A stretch of 64,000 nucleotides of DNA from Heteronotia binoei (lineage: Eukaryota). Location of the stretch: contig NC_083237.1 of assembly GCF_032191835.1 (NCBI RefSeq), positions 23,498,001-23,562,000 of the forward strand, given 5' to 3'. The stretch's first letter is position 1; every line of letters begins with the position of its first letter. Positions 50,809-63,400 of this stretch are shown here, piece by piece. The translations under genes were made by a program, and so were the position numbers. Under the pieces are notes generated by a model, which was not told the DNA's origin, searched no databases, and saw nothing but the letters and a program-made list of their open reading frames with translations.

Positions 50809-52372
50809 ACACTAATGGAGTGCGAGAACTGCGATCAGAGGAAAAGTCAGGACACTTGGGATTGTGAGAGACAGTTATGGAGAAAGCTTGCAAGCTTTAG
50901 CAGCTGGTAGACCCTGATTCAGAATTTGGGTGTGTGTGTTGCTCACAGGGCTACTTCCAAGTTTTGAGGGGCCCTGGACCGAGAGTTCCCAAAGAGCTCC
51001 TCTCCCCTCTTCCAGATGCCCCCCCAAAGATGTCATTCTTCCCTCTAGCCCACCTCTATGTCCTTCCCCTGCCCACTTGCGACTCTCCCCCACTGCCTGC
51101 GCTCACAGCTGCTTGCAGCCTTCCCGAGTGGTGCTGGGCAGGGCGTGCAGCTGGCAGCTGGGTGGAGCTTTGGCAAATCAGTGAGTGGGGAGGAGTCAGC
51201 AGCAGTAGGCACTGCCAGAAGTCCTGGCACCAGATGCCCCAATTTTTTGGGTGGGGGGAGAGTTGCACGGAAAGCTTGGCAGGGGAAAGGGCAAGAAAGA
51301 CGCATCACGTGGCCCTCGGCTGGCATTAGATAAAGGCTCCTTTAATACTTTGCAGATTTCAGGTTATAAATACAGCCCGCCCATCCCCTATTTACAGCTG
51401 GATCCCCTGCCCGGTGGAGTGGGGATTTCTAGGAAGGAAAAGTGAAAGGGGGGGGGGGGCGTGTTGTGCGCTGAACTGAGGAGAAGGTGGCAAGGGGGCA
51501 GGTGCTCCCCTACTTGGTTATTGCTCGTTGGGGGGCTGACGGTGGTTAGGAAGCACCCCTCTGGTCACCTTCCCATTTCAAGGGTGTGCAATTGGGGATG
51601 TTTCTGGCGGGTGGCACCCCGGTAATACTGCAGATTACTTGCTATTCAAGCAGCACCCAAAAAAAGCCTTGGGTTTTTATTTTTGTCTTGATTGGGCATC
51701 CTATGAAAATTCCTAAGCACCTTGAATAATACTGGGGAATACTGTTGTGTCTATGGTTAATAGCAGAGAATGTCCCCTTGGTCTATCTGCCCCCACTGTA
51801 TGACTAGCATGACCCCATGCCGATGACTGGAGTTCTCTCTTCTCGCCTCCACTCAGATCATCCTGGGGCTGGCCTCGTGGGTATGATGCAAACAACTGGG
51901 AATACTTCAAATAAAACGTTTTGGGTTTTTCGTTCATTTGTTTGGCTTGGCAGAACCTCCCCACCCCCCAGAATCCCTTTGTTTTGTTTCACAGCCCCAA
52001 AGAAACTTCAACTGTACCCTGGTTCTTGGCCTTTTAAAAACCCTCCTGGCCTGAAAGTCTCCCTGCAAGAGAGATCCCATGTGTTCTCCTTTGGCTTGGG
52101 ACCCTAGCCTCACCACTCACCCCCAAGGGACTTCTAAATTGCGTATAATGAGGGTTGCCTTTGGCAACAGAATTCTGTAAGAAACCAGGGGACTTCCGGC
52201 CTGCACTGCTGTGTCCTCGGAATACTTCGCTCCAGCCCCCTTTCCAAATCCCATTTGGCCTAGGAGCCCACTCCCCCAAATACTCCAGTCCCTCCCACAT
52301 CCCCAATAAATAAATAAGTTAGAGGAAAACATGTTCTGTCCGTCTCTGGCTGAGGTGAGGAGGGGGCAGTGA

Positions 52373-52741
<369 letters not shown>

Positions 52742-52901
52742 TTATTACCACCCTCTTTCCTCCGCCAGTTTTCCTTTTAGCAAGATGGAAGGCCTGGCTC
52801 TTGCAGGCCAGGCGCTGCTTTGCTTCCCAGAAGAAACCACCTCGCCCCACCGGACCACACTCTTTCCCCAGGAAACCCACAGAATGTGGATGTGGACTTA
52901 C

Positions 52902-52997
52902 CAGAATGAGGACCTTGCCAAGGCAGACGAAAGGGGTGCTGAGTTCAGCCATTAGCATGCAGCCCAGGAAGAAGTCGCCTTTGCCCTGGCGCCAGAG
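52902..52997 (-). CDS. TLCD3B: TLCD3B exon 4 (LWRQGKGDFFLGCMLMAELSTPFVCLGKVLIL)
   Basis: ctgcag acceptor, gtaagt donor, TLC motif E.STPF. Confidence 0.96.
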
Positions 52998-53117
52998 CTG
53001 CAGTGGAAGACATGGGAGAGGAGTGACCTTTCTGGGGAGTGGCTTCCAAGGACAGAGCGCCTCCCACCTCATGACCCATGCCTTCCCAGCGGCTCCCCAC
53101 TCACCACAGACACTCAC

Positions 53118-53349
53118 CACAGACACAGGGAAGCAAACCAGCACCATGAAGAGGTGATGGACCACCATGAGGAACTCCTTGTGTAAGTAGGTGCGGGTGA
53201 CGGTGCGCAGCGATCGTTTCCCAACTGCCCCTGAGGCTGCCTCGTGCCCCTTGACCCGGTACTTGTGCCAGTGGCACATGAACATGGCATAGATGTCGTA
53301 GATGAAGTAGGGAACAGCAAACTGTGTGTAGGTTGCTGTCAGCCAGTGC
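53118..53349 (-). CDS. TLCD3B: TLCD3B exon 3 (HWLTATYTQFAVPYFIYDIYAMF...KEFLMVVHHLFMVLVCFPVSV)
   Basis: ttgcag acceptor, gtgagt donor, TLC HH motif. Confidence 0.95.
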
Positions 53350-56032
53350 CTGCAAGGGAAGGGAAAGGCACGTGAGTAGAACTGAGTTATGGGAGAGTTC
53401 CGGCAAGGTACTCAACCATCATATGAATGCAAAAAAGTCCAGCTGAATAAGACAGGTGGTCCACCTGGGTCAGCATCCTGCATCACCCAACAGTTGACCA
53501 AGTGCCCTGAAGGGCCAACAAAGAGAAGGCCCCATCTGGGAACAGGCTGAAGGTCATGAACAATTATTCTCTCTTCTCTTCATGCTCAGAAATCTACTGT
53601 CTCTGAATGTAGAGGCTCCCTTAGTCACCACACCATCTCTTGAATGAATCTATCCAGTCCTTTTTCTAAACTCATCTCTGTCAATGCCCATCGCTGCATA
53701 CATGGGCAGTGAATGCCACAATTTAAGAATTATTTCCTCCCATGCAAAATCTGTTGTGCGCCAACATCACTGGCTGTCCATGATGGCTGTTCCTATGGGA
53801 AAGGGAGAATTTTCTGTCTGCTTACTTCAACCCTCTTGCATGCATTAAGAACCCTCAACCCTCCTGCTATTTTCTCCAACTATTTGTGAGAGAATAATGG
53901 CATTGTAAATTGATCTTAGCGCCATCTGAAAGTGTCTTTTTTCCCTGTTTCAATTCTTTGGGTTTTAAATTGTATAGAATGTCTGCCACTAACTGCCCTG
54001 AGCTCTGTGAATTCAGAGAAAAGCAGTTGATAAATCAAAATTTAAAATAAATATAAATAAATACCACTGCCCCAGTCACCTTTCTTCTAAACTGGAAAGC
54101 TCCAGGCCCTTTTGTCTTTTCTAACAGAAAAGATGCTTTCACCTGCACCTTTCCCAGCCCTGCCATATCTTTCCAAAGATACAGCGACCAGAACTGCATG
54201 CAATATTCTCAATCAGGCCATATCACAGACCAATATGGGGGGCATGACTATTCTGGCTGTTTTGTTCTTCTGTCCCTTTTCTAATAATCCACAGCGTGGA
54301 GTTTGCCTCCCGGAGAAGTGGGATCTCCCCCCATCTTGGAACAAGCTGAAGGCCACAATCAATGAATATTGATGGCCTGCTGAACGCACTCCGCTTGGAA
54401 GGTCAACAAGAACGCTGTTCCTGCCTTGCCCTGTTCCCCATCAATGCCCCTTGGGCTTGGACCACAATATACGGCTCCAGCAGCGCTGGGCTCCCCTTCC
54501 CTCCCAACCCACACCAAGCGCAGCTGCCATTAGATCATGGGCTGTGATCATCCCCTTCCCTGCCCTGTCCTGCCACCAGCTCTCTGAAAGAGGCAGCCAT
54601 CATCCAGCACAACAACCAACCCAGTCAAGGCATCCTTCAATCAACAGGAAGTTTAGGTTTATTTGTGGCTGACCTGAAACCTTGTTTCAAAGCTGGGGCA
54701 GGGGGGAGCTGTTATAAAAAAATCAATAGGATAAACTCTAAAGGATTTACAGGTTTAATTCTGTTCCTTTGCTGGTGAGAAGAAGTGAAAAGTCTGGGAC
54801 TCCCAGAGGCACTTCTGGCCTTGATCCATGTGTCTCCCCCCCCCCCTCCCACAAGCAACCAGGCTGAGTCAGACACAAACCGAGTGCTGTTTCTTCAAAC
54901 AGGGGCTGTGACTTCCTGCCACATCCTGACCAAGTTCTCTTTGCCCTCCTCCCTCCCCTTCTTCGCTGCAGCTAGCCTGGGCATTTGTGCTGACAACAGG
55001 CCCTGCTCTGCAGGCAAGGTGATTCAGCCAAATGCCAGGGAAGCCAGCTAGATACTGCAGTGCTAAGCAGGACTCAGCAGCCTACATGGACTTTATGGGG
55101 TGCCTGGAAATGGGAGAGCAAAGGAGCCAGCAGGATTTGGGGGGCATTTCATTTGTGTGTGTAAGTGGGGGAGGTCCCAGTGGAGGGACCGTAAGTATGA
55201 TGTCATTTGTTGTTCCTGCCATTGGGGGAGAGGGGGTTAATTAAGGACATACTTGAGCATCATTGAAAGATGGCCAAGGAAACCTCCCATCACTTCCCAG
55301 AAAGCCTTTCTGATTCCAAGCATCAAGAGCTCATGGACACCTTTTGCAAGAATGGACAAAACTTAACTGGGATTCATTCCGACATCGGCAAGAGAACTGA
55401 GTAGTCCTGCCTCCCAAACCCCACGCTCTAGCCAATCAGAGCTCACTCCTGGAGAACCCAAAAATCCAGCCTCCAGAATAGACTTCACACACTTTGAGCC
55501 CACTCCCTTTTCAGGAAGCTCAGGAATCCGTCATCACTGGATGCCCAATAAAGCTAATTGTGGGTGCAAAGACCTCAAATCAGCAGTGGAAACAGCTGTT
55601 GCTTTGGTCTAATCCCCTGCCCTGCTCCATCCTGTGAGGGAATTAACACACATGGCCCATCGAGAGTCTCTCGGGGGAAGGGAATAATCCCCGCTAAACT
55701 CATTAGAGTGAAAGGAAACAATCTTGATGACGAAGCCAGGATGGGCTGCCTGAATGGTGAGAGAGACAGGCAGCCTGGCTCTTGGACGCACACCCTCCAC
55801 AGTCCCACCCCCTCCTCAGAGAGCTCCGGCGCTTTTAAACGTCCTGCTTGCCCTGCAGAGCTGCCCTCCTGCCAAATCAGTTTCTGCAGAGGCTTGGGCC
55901 TGGCGGCTCTCCCGGAATCCAACAGGACTGCCAAAATTCTTTCCCTGCGCTCACTTCAAAAAACTCACTGGGAAACCTTAGCTCACCTCCCCCATAGACC
56001 GCTGCGTGGGCACTTGGGACATCTGGGTAAAG

Positions 56033-56053
56033 GGGGCTGTCCATGGTGCTGAC
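56033..56053 (-). promoter_or_regulatory. RE1/NRSE (REST) site in TLCD3B intron 2
   Basis: Minus strand GTCAGCACCATGGACAGCCCC versus consensus TTCAGCACCACGGACAGCGCC. Confidence 0.8.
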
Positions 56054-56076
56054 ACAAGAAAGAGTGCTGAGTTTTT

Positions 56077-56096
56077 GCAGTACCATGGACAGCATC
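56077..56096 (+). promoter_or_regulatory. Second, weaker RE1 site in the opposite orientation
   Basis: GCAGTACCATGGACAGCATC; right half intact, left half has mismatches. Confidence 0.55.
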
Positions 56097-56577
56097 ATGC
56101 CTTGGATAGGCCAATAAGCCTTCGCGGCTACAGTTACCTTGCCCTGCTCCCAACAGCGCCCCCGTAGGGAGCCCTCTTCACAGGCAGCATTCCTTTCCTC
56201 TACCCCACCCCTTGCCCTAATAGCCTCTATGCAGGACAGAAACAGCAGGATGCTTTCTCACACAGACAAGCCACTGGCCCCCCTAGCGCCTCCTGCAGGC
56301 GAAACCAGTGCACTGCCCAGCAGCTTCCTCTTCCCAATATCGAACTGCCCTACCCTCTGCTGCACATCTGCCTTTGACATGTCACTGTCATCCAGTTCTA
56401 AATTTGGTGCCCGTCCCAGTGTGGGTGTCAGGTTTCTCACTAGTGTGACCTTGCCAACACACTGCTGGGATGGATACTGAAACCCAAGGTTTGGAAAGGG
56501 CGGGTGCGGCGAGGGGGAATGGGACAGAGGCACTGCACTGCAGCGTTGCCCTGGCATGTAGGCAAAGGCTGACTTAC

Positions 56578-56661
56578 TGGTCGTTGATAATGTGCTTGCA
56601 GGACGAGGAGACGATGTAGCCGACTGTAGAAGCCATGATGGCCTGCACAGAGGACACCAGC
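56578..56661 (-). CDS. TLCD3B: TLCD3B exon 2 (LVSSVQAIMASTVGYIVSSSCKHIIND)
   Basis: ctacag acceptor, gtaagt donor, phases 2/2. Confidence 0.95.
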
Positions 56662-57159
56662 CTGTAGAGTGGGGAGAAAGGGGGAACAGAAACAAGTTGA
56701 ATGGGCTGATTCTCCCACTCACCCATCTTCACAGAACCCACCTGTCAGCTGTTCCCAGTCTGAACTCTGCAGCTGAAATCAGCAGACCCCCCCCCCCCCC
56801 ACATTGCCCCACAGAGCCTAGCTTGTGTCATGTCAGCCCTCTCCTCCAAAGCATCACTTCCATCTGTAGCCCTTTTCCCTCTGCGCACCTACAGGACATT
56901 AGAGGGGATGGGCAACAATTCTGTGGGGAGCTGGAAGGCTGGGAGGCCCACCTGCCCCTTGACCCTGCCGCGCAACATCACGTGATTGCCAGAGACTGCC
57001 AGCACAGAAGTGTCCGGAGAAACATTCTAAGGGATGAGAGGAGCCAGGCATCTCATTGGTCCTCCCAGTGAACCCCTCCCCTGAACTAATTCTCGATACT
57101 CCCAGGCATGGCCCAGCTGATTGCCCTGATCCCCAGGACATCTTTCCAAACCCTAACCC

Positions 57160-57340
57160 TAAAAAAGAGTCCAGTTGCACCTTATAGAAGAACAAAATTT
57201 GTGAGTCACTGCTCACTTCTTCAGATTTCATGAAAGCTCCTCCCCTGCTACAAATTTTGTTAAGTCTTTAAGGTGCAACTAGACTCTTAACTCTTTTCTG
57301 CTGTTACAGATGAACACGGCATCCCGTCTTGACCTAGTCC
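57160..57340. mobile_element. Inverted Penelope-like terminal-repeat fragments
   Basis: Arms 57165-57202 and 57250-57288 are near-complementary; same family motif as at 22.1, 41.4 and 59.4 kb. Confidence 0.55.
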
Positions 57341-57977
57341 TAAAGTTCACACGCTTCAGTTTGTGGCCCCAAATATCCCAGGCAAAAGGAAAACCTACGG
57401 GGGTAATGGCTAGCATTGGTTGTCCTCATAGGTGAGTGGCAACTTATCATCCTGGTCCGGCCCCTGCTCAACCCTTTGCTGTAAATTAATAAGCCTCAAT
57501 CTCTCCCAGAGGACTCGGGAGTTCTGGCTCACAGCCCCACTGTAATCCACCAGACCATACTTGCCCAGAGAATCGAGAGCTCCCTGGCTTCTGGCCTCTC
57601 CTGACTTGTTAGTAACCCTTAAAAGGCCAAACAAACAGTGAGGAGGAGCAGTTTGCAGCATGCTGTACCCCACTCCGATCAGACCCTGGAGATCCCGGCC
57701 CCCGGCCTCTTCTCCTTCTTGGACCCACCGAGCCTCGTTATGGCAAGCGACTTCACAGCCCTTCCTCTTTACTGCAACATACACCACTCCCCTTTCCGAG
57801 GAGTCTCAACTGCCATCCCCTTTGCCAGAGCCCCAGGAAAGGGCTGCTTTCTCCCCTTCCCCTCTGAAACAACAAAGAGGATTCCTACCCTCCCCCTACA
57901 CCTGAGGCCTGCTGACCACCCGCCCGCCCGCTGCTCCTGGATCCTGGGCTGCGTCTTTTCTCTGCATCCCTGGTTAC

Positions 57978-58102
57978 CTGGCGGAGACGATGACCGCGTC
58001 GGCCTCCTCCCATCGCAGCCACGGCAGCCACTTGAGGCCGTTCTTGGACAACAAGAAAAGGCCAGGGAAGACAATGCCCCCTGCTATCAAGGCGTGAAAC
58101 AT
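57978..58102 (-). CDS. TLCD3B: TLCD3B exon 1a (MFHALIAGGIVFPGLFLLSKNGLKWLPWLRWEEADAVIVSAR)
   Basis: Matches the recalled FAM57B N-terminus; AG|gtaacc donor; absent from the ORF track. Confidence 0.93.
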
Positions 58103-59127
58103 CTCGCTTCAGGCTGCAGGGTTGGGGAGGGGAGGGGGGGCAGCGCAGATGGGGAGGGTCAGCGGGGCCACCCTCGGGGAAGGCTCATGGTTCTCTGAGG
58201 GGGGTGAGGGGGGATGGAGAGGGAAGGGGGGGATGGCGGCGTGGCGGGTTGGTCCCAAGCAGAGCTGCTGTGACAGACAGAGAGAGAGACAGAGCCGAGG
58301 GAGGGAGGGAGGGAGGGGGAGCGGGGGAGCAGCTGTCAGCACAGTGCGGGAGGAACTTAAAGAGACAGCGGCCTGGGGTGTGCAGGCAGCGGCAGGACTG
58401 GCAAAGTGGGCTGGATCAGCTGGGAGAGTAGTAAAAGCTGAGGACACGGCACAGCGAGGGGGCTGTGGGTCAGGGCTGAAATGCATTGTGGGGGAGGAAG
58501 AGAAAGGGAGGGGGGAGGGCCTGGTTGCAGGTCGAGGCTCAGCACGGTGGATAGATAGTGAATCAAATCGGAGCGGGTGGGTAGGAGGGAGGTCAGGGCT
58601 TGGGACTGCAATGAAATCAAGCCATTCTGACACTTAAAAATCCTCCCTCCCGGAGTTTCCCTGACCTGAAAGCTTTGCCTGTTTTAAATGGGAAGCAGCA
58701 GCTAATCAGACTGGGGAGGTCTCACCTGCTCTACAGCCATCTAACCGGGGAACAGAATTTAACTCTCAATGCTGGGGCATAATTCCTCCCCCCAACAATC
58801 TGTAAACCCCATCTTGCTGGGCAGGATGATTTGCCTAATCCCATAATCTGAGCCTAGTTTGTGAAGATCAGGTCAGTGTTATGCTGGAGAAGAGGTTTAA
58901 TGATGGTGGGGTGGAGAAGCACAGTTAACCCTTTCCTTCCTGTGTATTAGGGCTAATCCTCCAATAAAACTCCACCTGCTGAGCAGGTGACCCTGATGTG
59001 ACCTTTGATAGCTGGGGTGGGACAGAGGGTAGAAACTAAAGCAACAGTGACACCTTTTGGTTAAATATAAAAACTGCAACACGGTGGCTGCACAAAGTTT
59101 ACCCTGCTTTTAAACCCAAGGGGCAGC

Positions 59128-59484
59128 CGTGTTGGTCTGAAGCAGCTGAACAAAGCAGGATTCAAGTTGCATCTTTAAGACCAACAAAGTTTTATTCAGA
59201 ATGTAAGCTTTCATGTGCTCTCTCAGCCCCACCCACCTCACAGGGTGTCTGTTGTGGGGGAAGGAGATAAAGGAGATTGTAAGCCGTTCTGAGTCTCTGA
59301 TTCAGAGAGAAGAGCGGGGTATAAATCTGTATTCTTCCTCTTCTTCTAAAAGGACACGGGGATCAGGTACACAGTATACCCCTCGTCCGAAGAAGAGTGC
59401 TTTTAGCACATGAAAGCTTACATTCTGAATAAAACTTTGTTGGTCTTAAAGGTGATACTTGACTCCTGCTTTGTTCAACTACTT
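59128..59484. mobile_element. Palindromic Penelope-like element with a SINE 3' half (59220-59347) in the loop
   Basis: 80-bp inverted arms 59140-59219 and 59405-59484. Confidence 0.7.
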
Positions 59485-59544
59485 TTAAACCCTCTGAGTG
59501 ACTCTGCCCTCTCAGAAAACCCAGACGTCTGGGAGGCTTCTCAC

Positions 59545-59663
59545 CTGGCAGATACGTAGACTGCATTGACTTCTTCGATTTTTCCAAAGTTAGTCAGAGA
59601 AAAACGCAGCATCCAGAAAAGCCAAGAATAGGTGAGTAAACCCAGGATGAATAAACTGTGTAC
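59545..59663 (-). CDS. TLCD3B: TLCD3B alternative N-terminal exon 1b (VHSLFILGLLTYSWLFWMLRFSLTNFGKIEEVNAVYVSAR)
   Basis: Open frame; ends EEVNAVYVSAR like exon 1a EEADAVIVSAR; same phase-2 AG|gtgaga donor; polypyrimidine ...ttgttag acceptor upstream. Confidence 0.75.
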
Positions 59664-60498
59664 CTAACAAAAGGGAAAGAATGGTACAAATTAAGAGATT
59701 CGCATTGCTCTATTGTCCCTCTAATCAGCCCTACTTCCTAGTTATGTATCTAGTCTTTTATTATAGTCAAATTCAGGGGTCATTTTGTAGATAAAGAGGT
59801 GCCAGAGCTCATTAGCACAATTCATTTGCATAACTTATTTGCATATGCCACACACACCCTGACATCATAAGGTATACTACATGATCTCAGCTCTGCATCT
59901 ACCTGAAAATGCTTCTTGAATTACAATTGTCATAATAAAACCTTACTCCCATCATACTTTTAAAAATTACTTTTCCCTATGTGGCCACAGTGGCATGACG
60001 AAGATTTCCATTTGTCTGCTTGATATGTTTTGGTTATTTCCCCATTTTTTGTGGTGGAAATATTAGAAAGTTTGTCAAATCCTAGAATTCAGCAAAATTC
60101 TCACAGGGGGTTTGAACAATGGAGCCCAGAAGCAGGTATGGGGCGGGGAGGGTAAGAAAGAAATAGAACAATAAAATTTAGAGGTTCTGGAGCTCTGCTC
60201 CTGTGAGCTCCTGCTCAAAATGAGGCCTGGTCAAATTTATGGAAGAGAGACCTGAGGTTGTTACCCTTGATAGTAAATGGAATTTCCATGAATTGAAGAA
60301 ACCATCTTTTGAGAACCTGATGCTGGGGACAAACTATAATAACCATGCTGTATTTTAAATCTTCCAAAAACTTCTTGACTAGAAACAGGATGCTGAACTA
60401 GACAGCTCTTTGACATGACATGATTTTTTAAAAAGAAAAACTCAATCAATTGTAAACAAAGTTTATTTTTCGGTAAATTGATTTTTAAAAGTCTTTTA

Positions 60499-60772
60499 AG
60501 AGCCAGTTTGGTGTAGTGGTTAAGTGCACATACTCTTATCTGGGAGAACCAGGTCTGATTCCTCACTCCTCCATGTGCAACTGCTGGAGTGACTCTGGGT
60601 CAGTCATAACTCTCTCAGAGCTATTCTCTCAAGAGCATTTTCTATCAGAGCTCTCTCAGCCCCACCAGGGTGTCTGTTGTGGGGAGGGGAAGGAAAAGGA
60701 GATTGTAAACTGCTCTGAGACTCCTTCCAGTAGTGAAGGGTGGGGTATAAATCCAATCTCTTATCTTCTTCT
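60499..60772 (+). mobile_element. tRNA-headed SINE copy
   Basis: Same consensus. Confidence 0.8.
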
Positions 60773-62299
60773 TTAAACTCACAGTTCCAGGAGTTTTGGA
60801 TGCTATCACTATGGTTCTTGAGGTATTCTTTCCTGAGCTGTATTGCTAACCCCACATCTACTATTGGGCAAAAACTGAAACCTGATTTGCTTCAAAAAGA
60901 GTAATGTGAATACTTTTCAATGGTACCAGAATCAACAATGAATGAATTTGCTTATAGTAGCTCTCAGTCAATCAACCTACCTGTTCCACAGTCATCGTAA
61001 TGTATAGCATAGGGGGTCAATTACACCAGGGCTGTCCTGTGCATCTGCCTCTATGGAGGGTTTGGTAAGCTGGGGAGAGATCTTTCCCTAAGGAAATTAA
61101 GATGTAATTGAGACCTCTGCAGATATTCTGCTTTAACAACAGCAAAGTGACCAAATCCAAATGATACAATCAATTAGTTCCTCAGAAAGGTAATAACTGA
61201 GGCACACACAAAACAACTCAGATATCATAATAAATATATGCAGGCATCTTTCTCGATACATTCTTTTAACATTTCAGTTCAATAGCACATCAAAATCAAA
61301 TGCCTAAATAATTAGTATTAGATATGCTAATACACTAATATATAAGCATTTCTTAAGATTAATTCATCAACTGAGAACACTACATGTAATTTTTTGTTCT
61401 AACAGCTTTATGTTCAAACAAAGAGTACATTTGTGAAACCAAAGAATTTGGGCATGTACATCTGTGCTGCATTGTGGACATTTGTAGGTCTCTGCAGACT
61501 TGTCTTGCAAGAAAGTGCATCCATGGTAATTAGTACTTTCAGTAACACATAAAAGCATTACTCAAGATGCAAAAAAAAGCTGTTGAAGTGTTTGCTTCTA
61601 AATGGCAAATGAAGAATTACTTTGTAAAGATGTATATTTACTTACTAAATTATGACCATTTTGGGACAATCACTGCGGAGAACAAAGTTAATTGTACCCA
61701 ATTAGCTGTCAGGATGGACCTGGCTGTGAACTAAACTGCAGCTGGTTAATATATTGAAATCTTGGCAGCTAAAAAAAATAACTTTATTCATTTAAAAGAT
61801 ATTCTCCCTTTTTGGCTTGTGCATTCAGTAGCTTAATACAACATGCACATAAATTTTATATGCAGTCATATCATATAAACTACATTAGTTTAAAACACGT
61901 GGCTAGACAAAGGCCACATCCAGTCACAAAAATTGTTTTAGGGAGAAATACCCCAAGCCTGACAACAAAGGAATCAGTTTTCCCCAAAAACAATCCCTTC
62001 TAAATAAAAACGAAGAGGAACATTGTCGATGAATTGGGAGGAGGGAAGAGGCATTTTGCGTAAATTAAACATTAGTTTAGTTTTGAAGAATCTGGATGAA
62101 GTAAAGCGAACTTTTTTTTTTAAAAAAATTGATATTAGCTCGAATGGCACATTATCTAAAATGGTGCTTTAATAACATTTCTCTCTGTGGTCAATTTGAA
62201 TAAATCTGCATGCAGAAACTTTTGCCCTCTCCCCTCCCATGGAATTAATTAAAGGGGTGTTTCTTAATATAGTTAAACTATTACAGAATATATCTGCAC

Positions 62300-63400
62300 G
62301 CTATGTGAATTAACTGCCTGTAATTCTCTCGCTTCTCGACCGTTGCGGAGAGAAAACGAGAGATTCCTGGTTTCCATGACAACGGCACCCCATAACCGTG
62401 CGTGCAAAGGAGCACTGCGCGCATGTGCAGCGCTGCAGCCCGGCTTCGATCTCCGTCCCCTCTCGTAGGCGCACGCAGTTGCGCGAACCGCGAGTGAGTA
62501 AACGAACGAGGCGCATGCGCACTAAACAGAAGACACGGGCCTCCCGAAACTCCCGTGAACTTTGCCGCACGACGGGTTTCCCCTTCCCCAAACTCTGATT
62601 GGTTGCGGCAATGAGCCAATGGCGTTTGCTTTGAAATAATCTCGTTGCTAGGTAGATTGTTTTGCTCGAGCCCTGGTTTGTGTAACGGGATGTGGGAGGT
62701 TAAAGCCTGACAGATAATATTTAGGCTCACGATGATAAAGGGCAGAGAGCTCGAGATAGAGCAATAGAGAAATTAACGGCCGGCAGTTATCTCTACAGAA
62801 GGGGAGGGGCACGGTTTAAGAGCCCGCAGTCTCGATTGGGCTCTGTCCCCTCTTTCTATGGATAAGAGAGCCTCCTTAGTGAGGTCTCTTCGGGTGCAGG
62901 CGCCGCATTTCCGGTGGAAAGCGAGTACTGAGGCGGGGGAGGGACGACAGCGCTGCACTCCGGCCAACGCTGCTCGGGCTCTTGTGAGGTGACGTAAAGC
63001 ACTTCCGCTGGTCCTCCGCACCTTTCCGGTCGGCTAGGAATGTGACTTCCGCGGAATGATACCAGCGTATAAGTGAATTTTGGGCGCTAAACTGCCCCGT
63101 AGTGCCATTTCCGGCTATTGCCGAGGTCTCCAAGGCAACGGTGGGACGCATAGGCCTGAGACGCTCGGACCGTGTGGCTATGAATCGGAGGGATATATAT
63201 TCCGGAGGGTGGAGTTCCCGCCCCTGATGGCCGTTAATACAGTTGCGTGGCCGATGAGTAGTATTCACGGGGCTTCTGGCTCCTTCGGTATTGGCAGGAA
63301 GCTACTCCAGGGATGCTCTTTGTGCAGCTGTGGGAAAAGGGGATTGAGGGACGTCTCCCCCAAATTAAGCTTCGTTTCATAAAGAAAACATGAGTTATCC
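62300..63400. promoter_or_regulatory. CpG island, likely a bidirectional promoter (NRF1, ETS, CCAAT, RFX X-boxes)
   Basis: GCGCATGCGCA 62511-62521; several (T)TTCCG ETS-like motifs at 62.9-63.1 kb; GTTTCCATGACAAC 62370-62383; GTCTCCAAGGCAAC 63126-63139. Confidence 0.75.

Noticed and set aside
57150-57161. (CCCTAA)2 telomere-like hexamers
   Set aside because: Only two units, expected by chance
57301-57416. Minus-strand MLAITPVGFPF...RRDAVFICN as a third TLCD3B first exon
   Set aside because: No GT donor follows, and the matching part is the reverse complement of a Penelope-like repeat end
58538-58558. Degenerate RE1-like CTCAGCACGGTGGATAG in the TLCD3B promoter
   Set aside because: Mismatches in both half-sites and in the 3' tail; too weak without a PWM score
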